DNA from: Octopus sinensis
Taxonomy: Eukaryota
Assembly (NCBI RefSeq): GCF_006345805.1
Contig: NC_042998.1
Coordinates: forward strand, 147,808,001 to 147,872,000
DNA length: 64,000 nucleotides
Direction: 5' to 3'
Shown: piece after piece, positions 53,081 through 64,000 of the stretch
How the letters are laid out: the number at the start of each line of letters is the position of its first letter
Position numbering within the stretch: the first letter of the stretch is position 1
Program-made: the position numbers and the translations under genes
The notes under the pieces: model-generated
Seen by the model: the letters and a program-made list of their open reading frames with translations, nothing else
Told to the model about the DNA's origin: nothing
The model's database searches: none

Positions 53081-54974
53081 AGTTGTTTCTTAATTTTATT
53101 AAGCATTAAGTTTATAATTAGTGGATTGAGTAGAATGTTTTCTTATTCTGGTATTGATTGTCACATACATTATTGCTTTTTATGAGTTGTTTTATTGTGC
53201 TGTTATTTTATTGAAATTGACTAGAACAGTAGTAAAACTCAGTGTAAAGGTTCGTTTGTTTCATAAAATAATATGCTTTATATTTATTGAGTTTGATCAA
53301 GTTGTAAGTTTTTTCTTTTTGGAAACAGTAAATTTCTCTATTGCCTCATTCATATTTGGTATTTGACAGTTATATCCCTTTTTTGGCACTGTATTTTGCT
53401 ACTTTATGAAATTATACAAGTAGTTGTGTAATAAAATTGTTTTTCATGTTGAGCAGTGATAACCAATTAAAAATAATGGGCTAATTGTTGAGAGTTAGTT
53501 TATAGCTTGATGTCTACCATAGTTTATTTCAGCTGAGAACTGAATGTTCCAAAAACTGTCCACTGGCATTTATCTTTGATGAAAAATTTAGTTCTTATCT
53601 TTGTATTGTACCTAACCTATAAATGGATTCTATAAGGTCCCAAAAGTTCACCATTGTAAGTAGTAAAGCATGACTGAAAATTGAGAAGTCTTTTGGTGGC
53701 TTACTGAATTCAACTCCACCTATAAGTTAAGCTTGAAGAATCAAAGAAAGATGTATTGCAACACCATGCTGCTTTATTCTTGCTGCATTATGCTGGTCAT
53801 TAAAATCTTTACTGAACATCCTTTAGTGCTTCTTGCTGAAAAATAAGTAGGTGTGGTTTCCATTGAGACTAGTAGTCAAAGATTTAAACTTATGACCTGT
53901 AACCAAGTACTTAAACCATAATTGTATTGCACACTTATCAATGTTTCAAGTTTAGAGTTAATGTTCTGATGTTTTAACTGCACCCTGGATGAATTTATTT
54001 GAAATTATTTTGTCAGTGGTAAATTAGATAAACTTCTACATAAGAAAGTGAAATTAACATATAATAATTTTTATTTAAATTATATTTGTGTACAAGAGAA
54101 ATAGTTTATTATAATTCACATCAGAAGCATGATTAAATGGTGGTCAATTTAAAACTTAACAAATATTAATTATTTGGTATTCTAAACAAAATGTTCTTAA
54201 TTTGAGCTTGAGATAATAATGCTCCATTAGTAAGATATTGACACAATATTAAACTACTTCACTTTTAATGTTTTATTTTGAATTAATTATCAAAATAATA
54301 AAAACATTTCAACTGTTATATAATTAAAGTGTCAGGTTAGATCTTGTGGATTATTTGAAAGAATAAAAAAAAAAAAATAAAAGTCACTGATTTAGCATAA
54401 TTTTTCAAGGATTTAAGTTGATTCCCAATCTAAATTGTATTGGTTGACTGGGTTTAGAATTTTAATTCTCTCAGTATTTGCTTTTTATTGCAGTTTTTTT
54501 AATATTTTTAATTACCTCTATGACTGTCATTTCAATTTATAATGACATTTTTTCCCCTCACAAATAACATTTGATGTGTTTGGTCTGTAGCTATTTCCTT
54601 ATATTTCCTGAACTTCTGACAAATATTTTTATTATGAACAAGGCTAGAAATAATTTAGATTTTAGGTGCTTAGTTGGCAGTGATGTCAGTGTGTCAGACA
54701 GAATGCTTTGTATTATTAATATGACTCTGAGTTCAAGTATCATTAAGGACAACTTTTGGATCTTTCTCATTGGCTCTCACTTTTCAATTCCTTTAATTTT
54801 GTTCCAATTAATTTCAAATTTGTATTTATGTAGTTTTCTATGCTAATTATGGAAGTGAAATTAATTTTTGCCATAAATTAATAAATAAAAAGTTAATAGC
54901 ATTTAAAGTTTGAAAATTTTGAGTAATTTTAGCCAATGGAAAACCATAGACATATTAGTGCCAGTTTCTATAGA

Positions 54975-55420
54975 AACAAGCCAAGGTATAGTCAGTCCCC
55001 TAACTGAAGAAGGGTGCTACCTGAGCAGTGGGTTTTCAGAGAAGTGTGTTGCAAGACCAATCAAGATTTTCTTTATGCATGCCATGTTGGAATCACAACA
55101 TACTAGCAGAATGCATATGCTTGTTGGTTCTTCCAGGAACCACAATTTTCAGTGACTTGTGGAGGGCCTATTCTCACATTCCTGAAATTGATGTTTATGA
55201 TTTTCAACATAGAACAATGAACCACAATGTTGAGTTTATAAGCTCAAAAAATGGTGCCCACTCATAAGTGGAAAGCACTTGGGCCTCTGTAAAAGAAGTA
55301 ATAAACAATGCTGTTGCACCCACCATTCTATGGTTGACTTGTATCTGCGATTTCATGTGGTGTAGGAAATAGGAAAATTGTAATTTGTTTGACAAACTCT
55401 TAGGATGCATTGCAAATTTT
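54975..55420 (+). mobile_element. Merlin (IS1016/ISXO2-like) transposase remnant
   Basis: VLPGTTIFSDLWRAYSHI...HRTMNHNVEFISSKNGAHS*VESTWASVK matches the PGT.I.SD.W.AY / H..VNH...F...GAHTQ.IES.W pattern. Confidence 0.8.
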
Positions 55421-56684
55421 TTTTAATTTTCACAACAAAGTATTTATTGCTTACATGAACTAAAACTACAGTTTTTTTTTTTTTCATAATTTAAGGTTTT
55501 TGTTTTGTAATTTTTCGCAAAAAAAAAATCGGGTTTTTCCTTTTGATATTGTTTACATGCATATTCCAACATTCCACAAGACTTTATTCATTAATACTGA
55601 TTAAACTTCTGTCGTTCAATGTTTTGTCATCATAATGTTGTCATTAAGCACAAAATGCCAGCTTCCAAATCTTGTTTTCCGATTGGATAAAAATAATGAA
55701 ACTTTAAAACACTGTAACATTTTCCTAAAATGAATAACATCAGATTCAGTGTGAAAAATTACATCAGTGTACTAAATTAAAAAATTTCAAAAAGTGTGTG
55801 CCAGACAGAAAAGATCCCTATTTTTCCTTTTAATCCTTTTGGTGAGGGTCATTAAAAAAGTATCAGTCCAAGGTGGTGAACTGGTGGAATTGTAATAATG
55901 TTGAATAGGATGCCTTGTAGTATTTGTTCCAGTTGATTGCATCTTCAGTTCAAATTCCATCATGGCTTACTTGGATTGTAAACTTACTCTGTCATCAGGT
56001 TTAATACCACCACTTGGTTTTTGTTGCATGCATTTGGGTTAAACTTCCTCTCTATCACCAGTCTCAAATGCCTTAAACAGGTCATGGGCAGTGCCTTCTA
56101 TCATGACTTAAAGATATATATAAAATAGATAACAAAAAAACAAACAAAAAAAAGCTTGTTGGAATTTCATTCTTCATACAGCTGGCCATTATGCTAGCAA
56201 TAACCATATTACCAAAATAAGATCTAACTTTTTCAAGTGACCTTGTTTTTTGTTTTTGATGCCTTCTACTGTCAGTTTGATGCCTTATACTGTTGTTATA
56301 TGATAACAAAATATGATATGTGATGTGATAAAGGCCATTTCAGAATATTTTAGTACACTTTGTTCATTCTTGGGCTTATCAGGCATAAAATTGAATAAAA
56401 TATAATTCTTAGAATTGAAATATGGACACAGATAAACAAGCAGTGAGGAAAATGATAAACTTGGAAGGGATGATACAAAATTCAGTATATCAGTGTGTGT
56501 GAGTCTACACACACACACACACACACACACACGGTCATTTAAAAACATGGTCTTATGATAGGATGAAACTTACTGCGTGCCTGAATTCCAGGTAACATAA
56601 TGCCAGCATTGAATTGATTACTATTTCAGATTCATGAAATTCATTTGATTTATTCTTCAGAGAAAAATAGTCCATAACTGTCTG

Positions 56685-58205
56685 AAGAATTCCAGGTAGA
56701 GGTAGGGGTCCACCAAGGCTCAGTCCTCAGCCCCCTCCTATTTATCATAGTCCCCCAGGCAATAACGGAGGAATTCAAGACAGGATGCCCCTGGGAACTC
56801 CTCTATGCTGATGACCTTGCTCTAATTGCTGAGTCACTATCAAAACTGGAGAAGTTTCAGGTGTGGAAGCAAGGATTAGAATCGAAGGGCCTTAGAGTCA
56901 ATCTAGCTAAAACCAAAGTCCTAATAAGTAGGAAGGTAGACAAATCACAAACGCCTTCAGGTAGATGGCCCTGCTTGATCTGTAGAAAAGGTGTAGGTAG
57001 AAACTCTATAAGATGCACCAAGTGTAAGCTATGGACACATAAGAGGTGCAGCAATGTCAAAGGAAGGCTGACTAGGAAGATAGTTTTTGTATGTGGCAGA
57101 TGCTCAGGAGCAATAAACACTGAAAATGCTCTGAGACCAACTTCTGCCACATTCCAGGGAGAAAAACTAGAAATAGTTGATAGCTTCCGTTACCTAGGTG
57201 ACCAAGTCAGTTGCGGGGGCGGGTGTGCTGAAAGTGTAACTGCTAGAGTAAGAATAGCTTGGGTAAAGTTCAGAGAGCTCTTACCTCTGCTGGTGACAAA
57301 AGGCCTCTCGCTCAGAGTAAAAGGCAGACTGTATGATGCGTGTGTACGAACAGCCATGCTACATGGCAGTGAAACATGGGCCGTGACTGCTGAGGATATG
57401 CGTAAGCTTGCAAGAAATGAAGCCAGTATGCTCCGATGGATGTGTAATGTCAGTGTTCATACTCGACAGAGTGTAAGTACCTTGAGAGAAAAGCTGGACC
57501 TAAGAAGCATCAGTTGTGGTGTGCAAGAGAGAAGTTTGCGCTGGTATGGTCATGTGGCGAGAATGGATGAAGATAGTTGTGTGAAAAAGTGTCACACCCT
57601 AGCGGTTGAGGGAACCCGTGGAAGAGGCAGACCCAGGAAAGCCTGGGACGAAGGTGGTGAAGCATGACCGTTGAACTTTAGGTCTCACTGAGGAAATGAC
57701 TAGAGACCGAGACCTTTGGAAGTATGCTGTGCGTGAGAAGATCCGGCAGGACAAGTGAGACCATAACCCGTGGCCTCTACATGGGATGTAGCCAGTCCAC
57801 TTATGCATACCTTTCCTTCTTGGGACACAAAACTCTACTTGTGAAGACCTGTTGAGGCAAGTGAGAATCGAAATCGATCAACATCAATGGAAATTGCAGC
57901 TGTGATACCAGGGCCGGTGGCACGTAAAAAGCACCATCCGATTGTGGCCATTGCCAGTCTCGCCTGGCCCCCGTGCCGGTGGCACGTAAAAAGCACCATC
58001 CGATCATGGCCTTTTGCCAGCCTCGTCTGGCATGTAAAAAGCACCCACTACACTCACGGAGTGGTTGGCGTTAGGAAGGGCATCCAGCCGTAGAAACATT
58101 GTCAGGTCAGACTGGGCCTGGTGCAGCCTTCTGGCTTCCCAGACCCCAGTTGAACTGTCCAACCCATGCTAGCATGGAAAGCGAACGCTAAACGATGATA
58201 ATGAT
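56685..58205 (+). mobile_element. RTE LINE, 5'-truncated and relatively young, with 3'UTR and (GAT)n tail
   Basis: GVHQGSVLSPLLF, LLYADDLAL, NLAKTKVL, C4HC3 insert, VDSFRYLGD, LHGSETW, LRWYGHV, RGRGRPRK; 3'UTR with three ggca(c/t)gtaaaaagcacc repeats. Confidence 0.93.
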
Positions 58206-60714
58206 GAAATTTATACATTAAACTATCTGCTTTAGAGTGTTAATGATTAAAACCTCTCATCATTTTGTGTTAATATTTAGTTATGTTTCTTATATCAGTT
58301 TAATAATATAGCAATAACTGAAAAAGTTGTTTTGAATTCCTTGAAATATTTGATTGTTTTCAAAATGAACTGAAATGCACAATGTATTTAATTAGAAATC
58401 TGGTTATGAAAGAATTATGATAATTTGCATATTAGTGTTAGTTTAATGACTATAAAAAAAGAAATTACCAATAATATTTTTGCAATACACGATATCTAGA
58501 ATATTCATTTAGTAAAGTATATTCATATGATTAGCAACAGATTTAAGAAGTATCAAACTGACTGGAGCTTTAGTTTCACTCATCTTGCCGTGATGCATAG
58601 AGACACAGATCATAGCTGCATGATGTCTCAAGGGAAGAGTTCTGATCAAAGCACACTGTTATAACCAGCTGAAAGTTTTTTTGTTTATGATTCTTTTCAA
58701 CAATTTTGTTGGAGTTTCATGTTTTCAGTATGGAAGATTATTCTGTGGAAAATAAATTTCTCAAAATTTTATTTTTTCTTGTGTTTGTGAAGATGGAGGG
58801 CATTACCTTATATTTTATATACAAGTTAGTGAGAGAGACTAGACAATTTATCTCTAAAGATTTTACTGTAGACTTTATTCCTGCCCTCTTGGGTGTGGAT
58901 CAAAAGACAGTGTTGTAATACTATTTTTGTGTTTGGTTTTCTTATAGAAAATGTTTTCCTACACACACACACAAAATAAAAGAAACTTCTGTAATTTGTA
59001 TATGCACAATAAAACAAAAGCAAAAGAGACTTTGATAATTTCTATACACATAGAACAAAAGTTTTCATATGTATAAACACATGCTCTCTCTCTCTCTCTT
59101 TCTCACACACACACACACAAATTGAAAGATATAATTTGTGTGGGCTCTGCATAAGTTTTTCATTTTTTTGTTCGAAAATTTTGAAATTTTATATAAAAAA
59201 ATTTTGCCAAACGCTACTGCATCCTACTGCATGGCTGTGAGATATAGGGATGGCTATGTGGTTAAGAAGCTTGCTTCCCAACCATTTGGTTTTGGGCTTG
59301 ACCTATTGTTGTATACATGCGTGTGTGTGTGTGTCCATCTCCTTGTTCTGGCATAGTGTTTGTTTCCAATCTTCTGTGGAAAATATGTCTGTCCATGGGG
59401 TAAATGTTACCTTGCCTGGAAACAGGTGAGGTTTGGTGACAGGAAGGCCATCCAACTGTAGAATATCTGCCTCAACAAATTCTGTTGGACCCATACAAGC
59501 ATAAGAAGTAGATGTTAAAATGATAGTAATTGTGATGAAATCAAAAGTGTTGAAATAAGTTAAACAGTGAAAAATGGAGAATTTAAAAAAGAAATGAAAT
59601 TTAAAATTTGTTTTTTTAAACAAACAAATTGTAATCTTTCATGTTAAAAGCATAAATCCAAAGAAATTGTTGTACAAAAGTCAATAAACAATGTCACAGC
59701 CAGTTATATGAAGTGCTTTGATCAGAAGGCACTGTTTAAAGCTTAAATCCACTTCTTAAATAAAAAAAAGAGTAAATTAGCTTGGGGCGAGACATCTTAT
59801 GACAAAGGAAGATTTGGAGGATTATTAGTCGTAATTAAGATTCATAATTTTTATATTTCCATTTTGGTTTAGGTAATTTATTTTGGAACTAACTTTTAGC
59901 TTTCAAGAATAGTGTTTCACTAAAAAATTTTCCTCAATTTCAAATTTCACCATTTTCTTCAGAAGTTATGTTTTTAGTTAGTGTAAGATGTTGTTATCCC
60001 TTTTTTTTAAAACTATATTCCTGTTGAAAGAAACTGCTTTTGTCTCTATTAATTTTGAAAATTTTGATAGATTGAATTAAATTACTTCGTCATCATTAAG
60101 CTTGATGTTTAGAGCATTAATTAACATGAAATTTTGAAAGAAGGTTTTAATTTAGATTACTTTAAAACAAGAAGTTTATATCATATAACCAGATATGGTC
60201 TCAGGTGGGTTGATATCAAGAGTTAACACAGTACTTTAAAAAGTTTTTAAGCATGATTTCTTGTGATACTCATTGAAGCATTTAAGCAGAGATTGTTTCA
60301 TTTAGATAAGCAAAACTAATATTTAAGCTGGATGATAGAGAGTATTGTCTAGTTTCAGAGCACTTTGTATTTTTTTAATGTTTTTAGCTTCTGTAGCGAT
60401 GTTTTTAAAACGCCTTATAATTAGTTTTAATGGTTGTAATTGAATTCACTAGTGCCACATTACTTAACAATAATAATAATCCTTCTGTAGACACAAGGCA
60501 TGAAATTTTGAGGGTAGGGGCTAATCTATTACAGTGTTCAACTGGTACTTATTTTGTCAACCCCAAATGGATGAAAGGCAAAGTCAACCTGAGCAGAATT
60601 TGAACTCAGAATATTAAGATAGATAAAATTCCACTAAGCATTTTGTCTAGTGTGCCAACGATTCTGTCAGCTCACTGCCTTCTTAATAATAATAATAATA
60701 ATAGTAATAATTAA

Positions 60715-62301
60715 TTCTTTTTATTGTCCACAAGGGCTGACAAATATGATTGGAAAGCATAAAGGGACAAAACAGGACGAAAGGTTACAAAAGGTTTTGT
60801 CCGTTTGTGAAAAAAAAAACGAGTAAAAAGCAGTTTAACAATCAAAAATTTTAATAACGAAAAACTCCCAATAGAGGAGACGCTTCGAAAAAAGAAAAGG
60901 TCTCACGTGGAAAAACCCATAAAAGCCATGGGAGCCTGGTCAAAAGGTGGGTAGAGAGCCCCTTTCTCCTTTTATAATACCTTTTTCAAGTACAGGCGAA
61001 ATCTCAGAATTGGTCCATTTATACTGGCCATTCTTGCACAATTCACCCACCTTTCAGAAAACTTGCTATCAGACAGCACTCACCTCTCTAACCTCATCTT
61101 CCTTTTCAACTGAAACTCGAAAAAGTTGATGAGGCCTTGACCAAAGAGGAAAGTGTCTGACTTTAGCCCTTTCAAACGGGTCCACCATATAACCTCTTCG
61201 CCACAGCCACTAGGCACAGGAAAACGGCCTTGCTCTCCTTGTTAAAGGAGGTCGGCGAGGCAATCTTCACTATGGATTCAGCTGGTTGCCAGATCCGTCC
61301 TATACGTGACAGTAGCTGTTCGACATAAACCCATAGTTCAGCAATACTTGGACACTGAACGAGTGCGTGCAGAACGGTTTCATCGTCCTGGCAACACCTC
61401 GGGCAGGCCTAGCTGACGGCACTTCTGTGCCGGTAGAGTTTATCTCGAACGGGCAGAGCTCCTTGGTAGCACTGCTAGGCGAGGGACCTTTGGAAATTAT
61501 CCATTGGCCCTGGCCCGAAAGTTCTTCCAAACAGACTGTTCAGTTCGTTATCACCAACGCCTAGAGTTTCCCCAAGAATGTCGTCGCATTTTTCCTCCAC
61601 TAACCCTCTATAGAATGCTAGAGTGGAACTAAAACCGATCGCATTGCTCGTCTGGCAGAGGGCGGAGAGAGCTTGACGGCACTCGAGGTGCCAAGCGCCC
61701 TTTCTCAGTCTACATTTGATCCAGGTCTACAGCTCTGTCAAAGAGACGAGCTGCGGAAAGTCGTGTCTGACAAAAGACGACCACACCTGTTCACCGTCTA
61801 GGAAACGCTTGAGATGTCGTAGCCTGAGCGCATGTCTGCGCATCAGTAACCACGGCATGCCAAGGTCTTCGTTCAGTGGTCGTTGACAGCAGATGGATCG
61901 CCTGACCAGTGGCACCTGACCCTTCCACAAAAAGTCGAAGTGTTGCTGTATAAAGCAGTGATCCACCCGCGGAAGACTGGACCGAAGCCGGCTGCCTTGA
62001 GAACAGCTGCTAGGTATCGATGGTCGACCCTATCGAGGGCTTTACTCTGATCTAAATTGATCAAGGCCCCACCCGCGCCAGCGTCGTTACCCACCGTCTC
62101 TATGGTGTGGCGCATGAGATTATCATGTATCAACCTGGTCGGCACGGCGCATGTCTATGCCTTGCCAACCAGCTCGTCCACAACAAGCGCCAATCTCTTG
62201 GCTGACACCTTGGCCAAGGTCTTCAGCTTTGCATTGAGCGGAGTGATGGGCCGAAAGTTCCCAATAGTGTCCCCCTTGTTTGGGTCCTTTCTCACCAAAG
62301 C
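60715..62301 (-). mobile_element. L1/Tx1-clade LINE, 5'-truncated and internally deleted
   Basis: NFRPITPLN..KTLAK, RLIHDNL, LDQSKALDRVDHRYL..VL...GFG..F..WI..LYS, FLWKG, LGMP, and a CCHC zf-RVT motif (RCCQDDETVLHALVQC); AATAAA near the 3' end; (AAT)n on both flanks. Confidence 0.85.
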
Positions 62302-64000
62302 CATAATAATAATAATAATAATGTCTGTTAATGCTGTTTAGGAATTTTTGCCAAGATAAATATTTAAGATGATGATGTATGATGATTATTATGCCTTGAA
62401 GAATTAAAACAGTTGTCAAGCGCATGCAGAAGATGTAGCAAGTGAACTTTGTCAACTATCTCAATCATTAATCAGGATGCTTAAAAAACATAATTTATTA
62501 GCAGTTTTACTAAACCTGTCCCGTCCCCACCGCTTTTTGTTTGGGACTGTTGTACTTCTGTTGGTTTAATTTACATCATATTACACAAGTATTCAGTTTA
62601 ATCAACTCATGTTGCCATATTCATATTAAAACTTGTTTCCTCAATTCCTTATAGTATTGTGAATTGTCATTGCAAACAAAGAAACAAAAAACCTATTATG
62701 TTTTTTTTGTTTACTTCAACATGTTTTCTGTTTTCCTTAATTTATTACACTATGTAATTATCACCAGGCACATTGCATTGATTTCTACTATCAAATACCT
62801 TATTGATGATCAATTTAAGTTTTCAAGATTAACTAATGGTATTTTTGTGTATTCTGATAAAAAAAAAGTCAAATGTTTACAGCTTTTACGAAAATTGATG
62901 TTTACAATCAATGTGCTATTGTCCACAATATTTCTACTTCAATTTCTATTGATTTCTGGACATAGGAGAGAGATTTAGGACAATGAAGTATTTTTATTTG
63001 TATTTTAAATGTTATTACATTTTGTTAATTGATTTAAATCAATATAAACTTTTAGAAAAATTAAAAGGTATAGATATCAGCTTCTGACAAATTATTTGAA
63101 GTGTATTACAAGTGACTCATAAGCAAAGTGACTTTATTTGTACAAATAAGTGTTGGTATACTTTGCTTATTAATTCCTTCACAGTTGAGGTTTTCTTTTC
63201 TAAATTATTCAACTATTTTAAGACTTTTAAGGTTATTAAATATTATTTGGGGGTTGAAAATTAGTTATGTTGAGAACAAAAGCAAAGAATTATTTTTGTG
63301 GTATTGGTTAATGTACCTGAAGAATGAGTGCTTGGTCATCCTAAAGTTTTATTCATCAACTATTATTTACTAAAAGTTCAAATGTTAGTATTGTAAATAC
63401 CAACATGGCAACAATCACTTTGTTAATTAAAAATACTGTGACTAATGAAGCTCGCTCTATCATTGAAAGGTTTATGAACAATGTAGAAACTTGTTTCAAG
63501 TAAAAATAGATTATCTAAATTTTTCAAGATTTTTAATTTAATTTCTCATAAAAAATGAATATTGTCTGTTTTAACTTTTTGCCTTTAACTCCAATTTAAC
63601 CTATTTCTTCCTCTATGACATAGGTATGAAAAGTACTCACCTTTTGTTTTATGTTTTCTATTCACTTGATATCATTTTAGAATCTTCGTAGCTGAGTTTG
63701 AATCTTCAGTTCAAGACAAATTTTGTTTTAAAAAAGTACAATTTATTCAGACTCATTTTGGCCAGTATGAAAAATTTTACAAGATTCAGTAAACCAGACT
63801 ACATTTATTATTCAATGCTGCCATAGGTTTCTCGTTCTTAAACTTCACTATTAAATGATCTTTCAATTATATTGTCTGTTATGATGATTTCATTCTAGCT
63901 TAGCATCCCCCACCCCTATTTTCCAATCATTTTAAGTGTATTTATAGAATACTATTTATAAATAAGTTGAAGGAAATTTCATCTTTGATAATAATCTTTA

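Noticed and set aside
63600-63660. gacatag|gtatgaaaag as CK1-gamma exon 2
   Set aside because: Translation does not resemble the expected KNLYxNExVAIK continuation

Overview
Repeat-rich, AT-rich animal genomic DNA. The tRNA/CORE-type SINE families, RTE LINEs and dense microsatellites look like octopus or another coleoid cephalopod; this is inferred from repeat character, not from a search. The only confidently recognised host gene is the first coding exon of casein kinase I gamma (CSNK1G/gilgamesh) at 26710-26884 (+). It has a promoter-like region upstream and an intron that apparently runs past the window end (>37 kb). Most of the rest is transposon-derived: a Neptune-type Penelope element with a hammerhead-ribozyme-like motif, a Helitron nested in its tail, a full-length mariner, Tigger, Merlin and hAT remnants, RTE LINEs with a PHD finger inside the RT, a Tx1/L1-like LINE, and many SINEs. 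The most unusual item is a ~445 bp fold-back element at 49480-49925. It joins a tRNA-like (Pol III) head to a minimal type I hammerhead motif in a head-to-head inverted arrangement, and it directly abuts a near-perfect ~425 bp inverted duplication. A few possible minus-strand exons upstream of CK1-gamma may belong to an unrecognised divergent gene.
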